Numbered from the whole stretch's first letter, positions 24,933 to 38,006 are shown. The stretch is DNA of 63,702 bases, filler included, from Choristocarpus tenellus KU-1152 (GCA_964200185.2; 11 parts of 11 records of this genome joined end to end with filler, not necessarily neighbours in it); one strand, 5' to 3'. Notes: generated by a model not told the origin, from the sequence alone. Program-made: numbers and translations.

Positions 24933-25260
24933 CCAGCCCCCCTGGTCCCTTCGCACTGTAGAATACTTTGTTCAACTGTTGCTTACTTGTAGCATGTGAA
25001 TTTCCGTTCTGCAGCATATTTTTTTTTGTGCTTGGTTGAAGAGTACCAATCTCCAGTTAGGTTGGCAAGTGGGTGCAGTGCCCCCCCTATTTCATACACT
25101 GCTTTCAAACAGCTCAAAACAGCATCAGTGCAATTGACGTGTGTCGAGGCAATTTACGTTGATATTTTTTTCGTCTACTGTGTCTTTTTGTGTTGTGAAG
25201 CTTTGCCTGTGCAGCTGGGTGGTGAAATGTCTGCTGACATGGTGTTAGTTCTGCACAGAT

Positions 25261-25521
25261 GAGCCAAAGTATCTTAGAGGGTATAGCCACGTCCGTTTTG
25301 GGGCCAAAAAATCCAATGTTGCGATTTTGATGAAATTTTGACTATCATGTTTGTTAGGAAGTGTCAATATCCATGTTCCGGACACACCTTTTCATAATAC
25401 ATACACTTTACCTACTCCTCAACATTTTGAAGCAGGAAAATGTAATGAAAGAACCCATGGGAAGCCAAGCCCCAAATGGACAAACAGGGCAAAACTCGTA
25501 CCCTCTGAGATACTTTCACTC
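25261..25521 (+). mobile_element. MITE family 1, full copy
   Basis: GAGCCAAAGTATCTTAGAGGGTA...TACCCTCTGAGATACTTTCACTC; perfect TSD AGAT. Confidence 0.93.
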
Positions 25522-26297
25522 AGATGGTACACCTGAACTATCTGATCGATTGCTTTTTAACAAGAACACGAGAAACACCAAACGAGGTGGCAGGGCTTCA
25601 TGGGTGCAGCACAAGATTTGAGTGAGGGCGCAGATCGTCGAGCGATCTGAAGCTGAACCCAACTCACGAGAAGCAATGCATGAACTGAGGCAAGGCACTT
25701 TGTCGCAGTGCAACAGTTGCTTGCAGTAGTTGGTGTGAAAAGTGAGGCAGTGTGTGGTGCCTCTAACCACGGGCTGGGACAGTCTCCAGGCTAATGAGAG
25801 AAGTAGAAAATGATAATTGTGAATTTCTCATTTTTTTTAACTGCACGGGCTAGGGTGTTGATACTGCCCACGATTTGTGATTTTCATGACCAATACCTAT
25901 TGTTCGCCAACCACTACTATAGATACGGGTTAGATGAAGGAAGAGCAAGATATGCAGTTTATGTATTGAAGGATAACACGTCTCCAGATCACTCCTGACA
26001 GGCATGGACTCTGAGAGTCTGTGTCTAGCCCCCCCCCCACGTCCTCCTGGACATCTTCCTCTGGACATGACAAAACCCTACAATCAGACCGGTCCCTATT
26101 GCCTTCCGAGTCATACTCCAAGGTTGTGGTTGGATGCCTGCCCCCATGGAGTGTCCCGCTTCCCGCACCTACTGTCGGGTTAGGTGATAGCGTCTCCTGT
26201 TCCTCTTTATCACTTAGTGGGTCTGGTCCTCCACTGTCTTCAGGCATGGATACGCCACCCTCTACCAGTGTCTTCGAAAGCCCAAAATTGCGGAAGG

Positions 26298-26547
26298 GAG
26301 ACAAAGTACCTTGGAGGGTAGAGCCGCGTCCATTTGGGGGGCCAAAACCCAATTTTGCAGTTTTGATGTATTTTTGGCTATCATGTTTGTTAGGAAGTGT
26401 CAATATCCTTGTTCCGGACGCACCTTTTCATAACGTATACATTTTATCTACTCCGAAATATTTTGGAGTAGAAAAACTCCCGAGGGGAGCCAAGCCCCAA
26501 AATGGACAAACAGGGCAAAACTCGTACCCTCTAAGATACGTTCACTC
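26298..26547 (+). mobile_element. MITE family 1, near-full copy
   Basis: Both TIRs recognisable; no clear TSD. Confidence 0.85.
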
Positions 26548-26924
26548 CAAATTACTGATTCAGGGATTCACTGATACTCCAACGCCCCCCCCCCCCCCCC
26601 CCCCCCCACTCAAAACGATAACGCCTTCACCCTTTGTACCCCCCATTCTCAGCGAATTTGTTTCCAATCTCGCTAACCNNNNNNNNNNTTACTGATTCAG
26701 GGATTCACTGATACTCCAACGCCCCCCCCCCCCAACCTCCCCCCAGAAGGAGATCCTTTCTGGCTTCTTGACCTCCTGCAGATGTGTGTGATTCCATTGC
26801 CACTAGAGCCAACTTGAATAATAAAACCTTCTAACAAGAGAGCAATTATCACTTTGTGCTTCATCCACTAATCACAAAGGATGTTCAATCCCCCTTCAAA
26901 ACACGCACTGATTCCTGTTTTGAT

Positions 26925-27097
26925 ACAAACACGATAGCCAAAATTACATCAAATTCGCAACATTGGATTTTGGCCTCAAACGGACGCGGCTCTACCCCTC
27001 TACTCAAAGATACTTCGACTCTGGAGCCCACTTATGTTGTGACAGACACTATCTGTCGTAAAAGGGATTTGACAGCTCCCTTCCTGCTGTAGCATCC
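26925..27097 (-). repeat. Inverted near-identical duplicate of 20746-20917 (LINE/MITE junction)
   Basis: Shares the private TIR variant GAGTCGAAGTATCTTTGAGTAGAGGG; lies at a contig end. Confidence 0.85.
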
Positions 27098-28665
27098 NNN
27101 NNNNNNNNNNNNNNNNNNNNNNNNNNNNNNNNNNNNNNNNNTTAATTAATTAANNNNNNNNNNNNNNNNNNNNNNNNNNNNNNNNNNNNNNNNNNNNGCC
27201 TTTTCTTCACGCGGCTTTTTTTCGTTTGAACGTTTTGTTCGGGCCCCCCCCCCCCCCCGTAGAGTGCACGGAGTTGGTGGAGAGTGAGGAAGGCATACCT
27301 TGCTTGGGACAGGACAAGACATTGTTCAACCAATCACATCGCAATCTTCTCCTCTGATTTCCGATGGTTACAGCCCCACTCTGTATATTGTGGAGTGAGC
27401 GCTTGCTGTATGGAGATGCAATTGGGCAGAATGGCAGATTCCTTGGTCGCTTGAATGGTTCCTTTTCAGGAATTGCTTTTCTCAAAAATAAATAGCAGTG
27501 GAAGCTCAGCAACAGGACTCTGATATTCTATAGTCAAGCACCAAATCTTTTTAAAGAGTGGACACAAGAAAGCTTCTACAGTTGTTTTAAAGATTCTGTT
27601 TGGACAACCAAGGAGTAACAACTTGTAAAAGCTCTCCAACTGTCACGTGTATGTCGAGAGAGTCAGATTTGAATGCATTCTGGGAGTTCTGAATAGAACC
27701 AGTACTACCGAGCAGAGCACCAACCACTCACGATCACCTAAAAAAGGAGGCGTTTGCAGGAGAGGGCAAACTGATCTCCACCTACAATGCAAAACCTGGA
27801 AAGAGACTACTACAACACCACAGAATGACACTGGGCTTGCCTCTTGCATCTGGCATGCACCAATCTTCGCTTTGCTGTTGGGAAAGTCCAAGATCTCCGA
27901 CTTACTCAGTAGCAGTGCCTGTCCACCCTCAAGAGGACGTCAACCCTGGGATATCTGCTCGCTTCCCTTTGGGTTCTCCACCTCATCGATTGCCTACCCT
28001 CTGATATCTAGTGGCGGTTGCTTGGCATCCCGAGGAATCAAGTGGTGCTTGCATGAGCAGTGACATGTTTGCGCACAGAGCCTACCCTACTAGATGACAC
28101 AAAGCAGACCTATGGGCTGGGTCTGCAACCCACCTGCGGTGTGTGGCAGGTGGCCTCTTGATGCAGTCAGAGCTCCACATGTCGATCACAGCGAACATCC
28201 AGGAAAAACACGCAATAAAAAAAAATCCTTCACAACAGGGTGCATTATTGAGAAAAAATCTAAGCACTGCACAAGTTCGACGGAGGGAGGGCCTACCTAG
28301 GCCTTGGAACTTTCACAGGAAACACCTCCTCGAGGAAAATTCCAGCCATGGAGCAGCAAAGGATAGGGGCTCTTGACAAAAGCATCTCTGAGTGATACAG
28401 AGAGAGAGAGAGTCCCGTCGTGGGTATCGTAAGTAAGCACTCCCCCCTTTCTCATTTTTGCGCAAGACAAACGGTATGTATCCATTGGCGATTTCTTCGA
28501 GGTGTTAGAAAATTCTTGCACTGGATGCAAGAAAAAATAAATAAATAAATAAATATATCTCAGGCTCGTTCGTACCCAGATGAATAAAAAAATGACAACA
28601 TGCACACCAGAGCGCTTGAGCAATCTACATGATTGGTCAAACTGAGGTTAGGTCGCTGGCTATGT

Positions 28666-30879
28666 TCAATCTTCTAAGGCACGCAGCAGATGCAGTATCC
28701 GATAGTCCTTCCTCCTTATCTCATCCTTCAGTTTTGCGACTTCCTCGTTGACCTTGGAGTTGGATTCGTAACTGTCGCTCTCGGAATCCATAGCCGAACG
28801 GATCGCCTTTAGTTCTTCTAGTATGTACAGGTTTTGTTCCTGTACACATTGCTTCGCTGTCAGTGTCCAATGGGAAAAGGTCGGGGTCAAACCAAGAGTT
28901 AAGGAGATTGAAGTCTTAGGTACGTGGAAGGAGACAATTTCATACACAAAAGGGGAGGGAACACAAGCTGTCCCAGAGGCGTGTATCACTCCCCCAAACT
29001 GTGTTTTGGACATGCTTTTTTAACCCAATAATAATAAAAACATCTTCAATGCGGCCTTGAACTGATACATACATACATACATATAAATACAAAAAAAGAG
29101 GATTAGGTAAGGTTTGAAAACAAAGCGACTAGATTAACACTAAGGATATTTACGGTCTTGGGGAATTTCGATTCGGTTGCCAGTGTTGTTCTAACTCTCT
29201 CTTGGATTGCAGAGTCTTGCACAGGCTGTCACGCCAAACAAACACCATCTGTGGTGATTCCTGATTGACTAGTTTACACTGACATACAACTCTATCAGCC
29301 TTTTCATTGAGAATGGGGAACGGGACCAGCTGGTGATGATTGGGGTGATATTGTGGAAGTATTCAAGTTCTGTATTCACTCTTCCTTTGATCCCACTAGA
29401 AATGGAGTCTTTAGCTCTTGCATTGCTTGTTTGAGCTACCCATTTCTAGTGCTGCGTGTAACTTTGGGGGACATTGGACAGAACGGCCTTGATTCCAATC
29501 CTTGCTCTCAAAGTGCTCACCTTGTGCAGACTGCCCAGACAAACTCTCCAGTCTCGAAATTGTTTCCGTCAGTTGCTAAAGTCGATTTTGATTTTTCAGG
29601 TGTCAAGAAGAAGAAGACGAGAGTATTGGTTGAATATAAAGTGATGGTTGACTGGCATTTGGCAGTGTTTGTCATGTAGGCAAAAAGAACAAATATAAAA
29701 ACGGTACGGTCTGTAAGAGGAGAAAAACAAGGAAAACAATGGAATAAACACAACAATAAATAGAGCCTGCGTTTTCTTATGGAGATGTCCTTTGGATACA
29801 CCAACAAGAGTCGTAGTGGATTTGAAAATCCGAAACAAAATTGCTAAAACAACAATTGTTGGAACTGCTCCTAGACTGCCACTGCAAAGGTGATCGAGAA
29901 GCAAGGAAAGAATCCCACGAGCCAGTCAATCCCCTTCTAGCCCACCGACCCAGTGGCTCCATTTTAGAACGCATGGTACGTCTGGAAAAGCAATTTGAGC
30001 AGGTAATGAAACAATCTGTCATAGGCGTGCCATCACTCCTACGCCAAAGCCGTCCGCCCCCCTAGCACCGAAAATACGAGTCACTAGCCCATCCACAAAT
30101 TGCTCTGCCTGCTTGAATAGGGATCCGAAGCTTTTCACCGCGAAGGTGCTTTGGGGTTGAATCTACGAGGGCAAAAATATCCCTCGTAGTAGTTGGTTGC
30201 TTTTCCAGGCCTCGGGAGCTGAAGCAGCTACGCTATTGTTGCTCATATTTGTCAAAGGTGGCAACATGCTTGAACTTCAGCGAAGACTACCGAGAAGTAG
30301 CCCCTTTCCCAGTATCCGACAGTGGCTGCATTAGGGAGTGCCCCTACAAGGAAACCGAATATATACAGAAATCGTGCATAATGGTGAAGGGGCTTCCATC
30401 CTTCCGGATGTAGGCGGCCCCCATCAGCCTGCAGACGCTGCCAAGTTGCCTGACCATAGACGAGTGCTTCCATATTTGTCCTCAATCCTTGGGGCATGCG
30501 CGTGCATGCCTGGTATCCACCCGTAGTCGCCTACATCCAGAATGAGGCCGGAATTGGATAGTGCCTCCTCTACCCCTCAAGACCGATTCTCTGCGAGGTG
30601 AAATTCTGGTGAAATTATTCACATTACTAGCTCAAGGAGTTGAGTGGTGGCACAAGAGTTGGCCCCTTGCCCACAATTTTTCCTGCGCCGACCTAAAGCG
30701 TTGTAGAAGACTCCTCGCGTCTGCAAGGAGGTTTGCCACCTTGGTCGTATCAACACAAGCCCAATGAAGAATCAACTCCAACAAGATGAAAGATTAAATA
30801 GATCTACACGACTCACCGCAATTTTAATCTCCGCATCTTCAAGTTTGACTCGTAGATCCTCCTGGCCGCGGAGCCCCAT
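28666..30879 (-). CDS. 78-aa coiled-coil microprotein (two exons)
   Basis: Exon 30879-30817 MGLRGQEDLRVKLEDAEIKIA|gtgagt and exon 28839-28666 cag|EQNLYILEELKAIRSAM...VAKLKDEIRRKDYRILHLLRALED*, joined in phase 0. Confidence 0.75.
29890..30770 (-). mobile_element. Old CRE-like RLE non-LTR fragment inside an intron
   Basis: Zn-knuckle-like GCRRLRVDTRHARACP, then KDGSPFT, AEVQA, KSFGSLFKQAEQF and QIVS...LGRWARRGL. Homologous to 3953-4570. Confidence 0.65.
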
Positions 30880-31210
30880 GGTGCAATACGGGATAATATT
30901 AGCAAATGACTGAAGATCATAGAGAGCATAAGCTCCTATGCGCCTTCAAGCGAGGCACGGATATAGAAGTTGAATGCAAAAATACACTCACCATGTTCTC
31001 GCAGCTTCTTGGAACAGCTTAGACCCTTGAACACCACCTTGAGAAGTAGGAAAAGTACTTGAAGGAAAGTCCTGAGATCAATTGGGTACTAACTACTATC
31101 AGTACTATCGTATCGCTTGCGTATCGACCTCACTAAATTCAAACTCTAAATCAACAAAAGCACCAATTTTAAAAACACCAAACTAGTGTGAAGGCTGAAC
31201 TTGGACCAAC

Positions 31211-33761
31211 ATGGGCGATGAGGACGTAAACATGCTGAATGCGGAGGATGCACCTCGAGTTGCTCCTACGAAGCTGCAACCTTGGGTGGAAAAATACAGA
31301 CCCAAGACCGTTGACGACGTTGCTCATCAGGACGAGGTTTGGCGCCTCCGCACCGCACTCACCAGTACTGTATCCACGAGATTTGCGCGACCTTCATGCA
31401 TACTCTCATGTACTAGGGATGTTGGATGGGAGATGGAAATGGGATAGAGATCTGGACTACCTTCTCCCTCTTCCTTCAATGAAGGGGTTTGATTGGCGCG
31501 AGTGTGTGTCTGGATCGTATCATCTGTGCACACTCCTCCAACAAACAGGACACCCCAAATGTCCCATTCGTAAACCTGTTCGTTGCAGCATAATCTGTTA
31601 CCGAAGACATCTAGGCCTGGATTTCTTTCTCGCCAAGTTACAAACTTGGTCCTTGTACGCTGGCCCAGATCCTTCCCACTCGCGTTGCCTCGTTACGGGC
31701 GTTGCTACCCAATGCTAGGTGACCCAAACCTTGAAGACTGCGATCACGACTGGAGTGCTCCCCCACCTCCTCTTCTATGGTCCACCGGGAACTGGAAAGA
31801 CCTCAACTGTGCTTGCTCTGGCAAGAACGCTCTTTGGACCAGATATATACAAGTGAGGAGATCTTTATCAACAGGGGCTGTTTCCCTAACAGGGTTGAAT
31901 AATGGTTTTTCTTTTTGGGGGGAACAGGATGTTCGCCTGGCATATTATGTGGCAGACGGATAGCAGCGATCACATAGGGTAGCACTCCATCTATCAATAC
32001 AAACACTTTGAAGGGGTGAATAAGCTTGTTGCTCACCATGTCAAGGCATCGTTAAGGTTTCTACCGTTTGCCCAAGGTTCCTCTCAGCATGCCCGAACAG
32101 TATAAGAAGGAACGAACATCAAAGCTAGAGAGGGTCGTCGTCCAATCTTTTGATAGGCATAGCGAATGGCCCGCTTGAGTTTATTTTACTCCTCCCCTTC
32201 AATGATGAGTAGGGAGTAGATTTTTCTCTCAGCAACACGTACGCTGCCTTACATATCGACACACAACACCCCGTGTACTCCTAGTCTCCTCAAGTCCATC
32301 AATAATTATGGTGCTTCCCTCTTATGTACAGACACAAGTTAGGGTGTGGCAATAACAATCCCCAATATTCCGTGTGTGCATCACTCCTTTCCCATAAGCT
32401 GTGTAGTGTTTGACCTCAATATGAGCCTCTATTGGAAAGATACGACGACACTTCTGGATGCAAAACGACCCGACCTTTTCCATAACCACGTCTGGGAGTC
32501 AGCTCAAGCTAAAACAGACTTGCCACAGACAAAATGCACGAAATCTGGGATCCTGTAGCTACCCTGAAGAAAGAAACAAACGGCATTTTTGGCTGTCCCT
32601 CAAATGAAGAGAGTGACAAGAGGGTCATCTCAGACCTGTTTCAACCCTACCAGAGGTTCACAAGGCCCTGATATGTCGAGATCCCTAACCCTATGATCCT
32701 CAGAGTAGGTACGGGTGTGACTGCACGTTGAATCCCTGGTTGGAACTCCAGCAATCCGTTATCTCACATCCAGGAGTTACGAAATCTGGGTCTTGTGGGT
32801 GTTGGGGAGGGGGATGGGGAGGGGGAGGGCAAGGGCAAGGTTCGAACCAATTTGAATAGTCTTGTTGCCAGGTTTTAAGGATTTGCTAGGCACTCTCTCT
32901 GACCAGGCGGTGATTGCATGGAGTATTTATATTATTTTAATATATATTTTTATTCTTGTGCTCTTTTTTTAATCGGAAGAGTAGAACCATTTTTTTCCTT
33001 GTTTTTGTAATGAGCAGGAGGAATTGAGGGTACAATGTTAGGAGAAAGAACAAATTGTTCTGGCACGTGCATTTTATTTACCTGTTGACTAAAGGACCGA
33101 AAAGGAAAGTTAAGTGTTGAAAAAGAACTAAAGGGGAAAGTTCAACGTTCAAGCTCTCGCAGTCGAGCGAGAACCTTATTCGGGACAAATTTGACGGATT
33201 TGAATTGATGATAATGGATCGATTTTCCGTTTTATTATTTTTTTCTAGCTTTGTGTAAAATTAGAACGATATTCGCACAAAAACGATAAAAAATAGAGGC
33301 TCTACCTTTGCTATTGTCTCCGTTATTGTTTCGTCACGATAATACGAATGAAAGTACGTATTTCCGCTGAATGATGAACTATCCTATCCCTAACCCCATT
33401 ATGTAGGTTACGTGTGTATCATTGTATCATGCAGATGTATTTCAGTATGCGCTGTGTTTTGCCATTGATTCGTACCATAGCACAGGGTAAAAAAAAATCC
33501 AAGGTCGATAAATGATAATATTTTATTTTTTCATATTTCTTTTTTTACCGTAATACTAGTATCAATAATTTTAGTTAACAAAATATTTAATCACATCGTA
33601 TCGATTTTTTTTTTTTTAACTTTTTGTTAGCGGCAATATTAACAACTTTTTTTTTCTTTTTTTTGTAATACGATCGCGGCAGGGATCGCATACTGGAGCT
33701 GAACGCCTCCGACGAACGCGGAATCAGCGTGGTTCGAGAAAAAGTCAAGAACTTTGCTCAG
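31211..33761 (+). CDS. RFC4: Replication factor C small subunit (human RFC4 / yeast Rfc2 type), first three exons
   Basis: Exons 31211-31336 ([19 protein letters not shown]), 31719-31852 ([17 protein letters not shown], Walker A) and 33683-33761 ([23 protein letters not shown]). GT-AG sites; phases consistent. Confidence 0.93.
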
Positions 33762-34113
33762 GTACGTAATGAACCGGTACCTGGGTTCTTTCACGTACTT
33801 CCCTGTACTCCAGACCAGCGTACTCGTTTCGCATTCGATTTTTTGTGCTGGTGGGGGGTTACAGAGCCTGTTAGAAAAAATAAATAAAATAAAATAAATA
33901 TATATATATTTATATATATCCGAGGGGGGGGGGGGGGGGTGCCCCCGTTGTTATTTTTTTTTTTTTGTAAATTTTTTTTTTTTTTTTTTGGGTATTGTTT
34001 TATTTTTTTTTTTNNNNNNNNNNNNNNNNNNNNNNNNNNNNNNNNNNNNNNNNNNNNTTAATTAATTAANNNNNNNNNNNNNNNNNNNNNNNNNNNNNNN
34101 NNNNNNNNNNNNN

Positions 34114-34139
34114 CCGCCCCCTCCCAGTTACTTTGGGTC
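34114..34139 (+). mobile_element. MITE family 2 TIR at contig start
   Basis: CCCCCTCCCAGTTACTTTGGGTC. Confidence 0.6.
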
Positions 34140-34773
34140 TACACGTACTTTGACCATCGCAGGGAACCAGGGAATCTTCGTCTTGATCACGTCTCATCAC
34201 ATATGTCAGGTTGGTCGCCACCTCGTACGCAACCTGAGGGTGCACTCTGTTTTGAAAACGGAATGGGATGCCTGTATCGTATCAATATCGATCCGTCTCC
34301 TTGACTGCTTTCCTCCCAGTTGTGAGATTCACCTGGGTGACAATAGACCTTTTATTCTCAACCACCAAGCTCTGATGTCTAGTCCCCCCTTGAGGTCTGA
34401 ATTGGCGAGCATTATCAAAGATCTAGCTGATGTACCTACGAATGGCAGCCAAGAAGATAAATAATAATCAACAATCAACGCACAACTGTCATCTTCTGCC
34501 ATCTTCTGCTGATAAGAAGAAGAAAGACTGAAAAAGTGCAAACAAGAGAACAGACTTGATCCAATATGTGATGCAACTCAAGTGACGTATACTATTCCTG
34601 CGTGTGAAACGCAGAGAGTCTGCTGTAGTGCAGTGTTCTGACGATAGTTGATGTGGTGATGGTGAACTAGTAACAGTTACGACCAGTGCGTAACGGACCA
34701 ATCAACAGTCAGTGTTGGCTGGTGTAACTGTAGGGTATCAAGGAAAAAAGGATGAGTAGCCTATGTTTTAACA
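34140..34773 (-). mobile_element. Diverged member of the solo-LTR family
   Basis: Ends GATGAGTAGCCTATGTTTTAACA, the reverse complement of the 24244 start. Patchy collinear similarity to 16160-16540 and 17650-17790. Confidence 0.6.
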
Positions 34774-34779
34774 ATATCA

Positions 34780-36600
34780 ACAACATGCCATCTTCGTACA
34801 TAGAACAATTGCTGGAGAAGGTGGCTCGGAAATCACTACACCCCCTTTCCAGCGGGCGCTGCCAGGAGTGTGATGCGCAAGACACCAAGCTCAAGCAAAC
34901 TTCCTGGAGGCCTGGGAGGAGTGTAGAAAAGGGCACCAAGACAACTGCACACAGACCCCGGAAATGCCGTTTTGAAGGAAGCAGTGAAGAATGATGGCAC
35001 ATATATCAAGCGGGTACAGGCATCTGCCTTGCTGAAGTTTCTTGCCACCTACACCAGAAAGTAGTTAGAAAGTCTCATCCATCGTGGGGGCCCAGCTGTT
35101 TCTATCAGCACCTGAAAGGGTCCAAGGCAGAAAGAACCAGACAGAGTTCCTCCAAACACACACACAACGAATCTTGCCAGCTACAGAGAGAGCATGCACT
35201 CACCATGGAACACTGGGGGAGATACTTCACAGTGCTCCACAATTGCCATGGCAAGAGAGGCAAAGAAATTGTGAGTCATACGACAATTCCAATATTCTAT
35301 TCGGCCTGCCAAATCCAGTGCATGTGCCAACTGTCCTTGAACTGACTACTGTACCCATCACTCCAGGCGTGGAGCACCGTCAGTCCCTATGGTGAAGGAG
35401 AGTTTGTGGACAATACATTCAGTGGTTTCGAGTACTTGATAGTAAGAGAATTTCTCGTACAGGTAGTTTGTTTATTGCAGTGTGTGATAAGGGGCTTTTG
35501 CTTGAACACTAAGTCAAACGCACTATGATTGCTGCAAGCTACGAGTGTTCGTTGGAACGTCTGTCGCTCGGGTAATGCTGGAGGGAGGGTTTTCTCGCAG
35601 GTTTTCCTCCCCTTAACTGGACTCCCAACGTTGCCTATTATATTGATATATTAGGCCCTGCTGTGACTAAATGTTTTCTAAAAACTGCTATATATTTACT
35701 TTAGGATAAAGAGAGGGAGTTCCCTTTCCTTATCCAATATTGCGATTTCTTTCCAAGCAGGGTTTGAAGAATTAAATATGATGCATCACACTGAAAGGCA
35801 TGTCTCAGGAAACTCTTCCGTGTAGGTCAAGCGCAGAATGTTCATGATAACACGCAATGGATCTTTCTCGGTTGGATCACTGTCATACCGGGTGGGTTGT
35901 ACCAAGTGGGTTGTCATAATCTGCTTCTTACTTAGGAGATAAATGAAGGGTTCCTACTGTCGCTTGAACCCGACCCCACATGAATAGGCAGGATCAGTTC
36001 CTTACGTTCACATACCTGAGAGAACATCATCATATGTGAAAGCAAATAGTTAAAGTCAGTGATTCAGTTTATATACGGTTACATTATGTAATTTGGCATC
36101 AACCACTTGGCGACATTCCCCACTACTGAGCCTGCTACTTATTCCATCAAGATGATTTGACCAGACGCTGATACACGAGTGTGTTGTCCTCTTTCCGACT
36201 CCAAAGAATCTGCTCAATCAACGCCCCGAGGTTGCACAAACAAGAAAACACTCAAACAGTGAATATAAACACCACCCAACGGATAAGTGTCGACCGTCAA
36301 TGTGGCTGGATGATACCTTTTGCACTTGTGAGTATTGCACAGTGGCGGTCATTTTCCTACAAAGAGATTCACATTAAATTTACCAGGCAAGGTTTTTATG
36401 AAGGAGCTTGCTAAATGCTATGCTTGACGCCCCATTTTCATGGCCCAAACTTATGTAACCCCCTTCGGGATTTTCTAGAATGTAGAAGAAAGACCCTGCG
36501 AACGGATCAAGGAAGTTGGCTTTGCTCCGAATTACACAATCATCACACCAAATATATCGATTTATTTCACAGTCACAGAAACCCCGAATGGACAATAGCA
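34780..36600 (+). pseudogene. Possible heavily decayed DDD/E DNA transposase
   Basis: Fragmentary frames with HQDD..V.S and FYEGAC..AMLDAPF, resembling the GK..xDAHF segment of Sola-like transposases. Many stops; weak evidence. Confidence 0.3.
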
Positions 36601-36618
36601 CTTCCCTCTAGAATAATT

Positions 36619-36760
36619 GGCTCAAAGTATCTGGGGGGGGGGTGCTGGCCGTCCATTTGGGGACCATTTTTCCATGTTGCGATTTTTAGATGATTTGGTT
36701 ACGTGCGTCGAATGGAGAATGTGTGTGCTCTTTTCCTGATCAGAACCCAAAATGGATATC
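36619..36760 (+). mobile_element. MITE family 2, right TIR missing
   Basis: GGCTCAAAGTATCT(G)n...GTCCATTTGGGGACC... Confidence 0.8.
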
Positions 36761-37499
36761 GTAATTCACAAAGATCATTTTGTCCACAAGGAGTAGGACT
36801 ACTGATCAAACTAAATATCAACCTGTCACAATTGGAGAATAAGAATGCACCGGTCGCATTACAGTCTTCGTGAATTTGTCCCACCTTAGCAGAACTAATT
36901 TGGAAATGTGTATCCACAGGGGAGGCTAAGGTTGGGAGCACCTGACTCGAAAGAATTTGTTTAGAGGTCAAACCCCGTGAGTCCATAAATGCGGAGTACC
37001 TCCAGAGACCACAGCACAAGCAAGGTGACCATCCACCATTATCTCCACCTTTAGCATTCCTCACCATGCTCAACTACATCACACAATACGTCATCAATCA
37101 TTGACTATCTTCTGCATTCCATGCCACATCGCAAGGGATACCCCATCCAACTTCTCTCATCGTAGCTAAACAACTGTTGCACCCCCCTCCTTGGGCTGCA
37201 ACCATTCGCATCCTGAACTAACACCTACTCCATTTTTGAAGACAATCATTACTTCAATGTGTGGACGGGATCACCCACTTACTTCAATGTGTGCACAGAA
37301 CATGGTGCCACACCGGCTGTGGGGGTGGACGGGCTATAGGGGTACCAGGTGGAGTACATCATTGTCATGTTTTGAGTGGAACGTGCCGGTCAGAGGTTTG
37401 TAGATGGGTACACACCTTCCTGAGAGTTGGTGATTACATGGTCATTTTATGGGGAGAGCGAGGGATACAATATTGGAGTGTTCGTGAATGCTTTAACAA

Positions 37500-37546
<47 letters not shown>

Positions 37547-38006
37547 AGATTAGATATGTTGAAATATTCCACACTGGACCCGTGGCTTTGGTGCTTTGAT
37601 GATGGATGGTGAATAGCTTGATGTAAATATGCAATGTTAATATTACAAGGGGCTGTCTCAATTCCGTTGACTGAGCAGTTGGATGAGACAAGCCTAAACT
37701 ACTACTATTATTTCTATAGTGTGGGGTTTGCAATCATCCACACTAATTCACTATGATTCACTTAATAACTTGTTTTAAGTATAGAAAGTGTATATTGAAC
37801 ATGACATAAAAATCGATGGACACTATGAGTCAGTACAGATAATATATCAGTCACCGACTCTCCATTCTATTACCTAATCCAACAGTGGTGTCTATAGTGT
37901 ATCAGCGGCACTATCTACAAACACTCTCCCTTGCTGCGCAGACACTATGCACCCTAAAAATCTACTTCTCTGAAACTAGAAAAAAACAAATTTCTTCTCT
38001 AGATCT

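Noticed and set aside
26021-26695. 224-aa ORF and similar ORFs at 15344, 25351, 52022, 58202 and 61386 sharing peptide motifs
   Set aside because: The shared peptides are translations of the non-coding MITE, not a protein family.
26552-26731. Direct duplication around a 10-N gap (also 8740-8950)
   Set aside because: Overlap around a scaffold gap with poly-C low-quality sequence; assembly artefact.
26925-27097. Large inverted repeat with 20746-20917 as TIRs of a ~6-kb element enclosing the lipase
   Set aside because: It is a near-exact copy of a LINE/MITE junction at a contig end beyond an internal gap. No TSD can be tested, and misassembly or a chimeric read is the simpler explanation.
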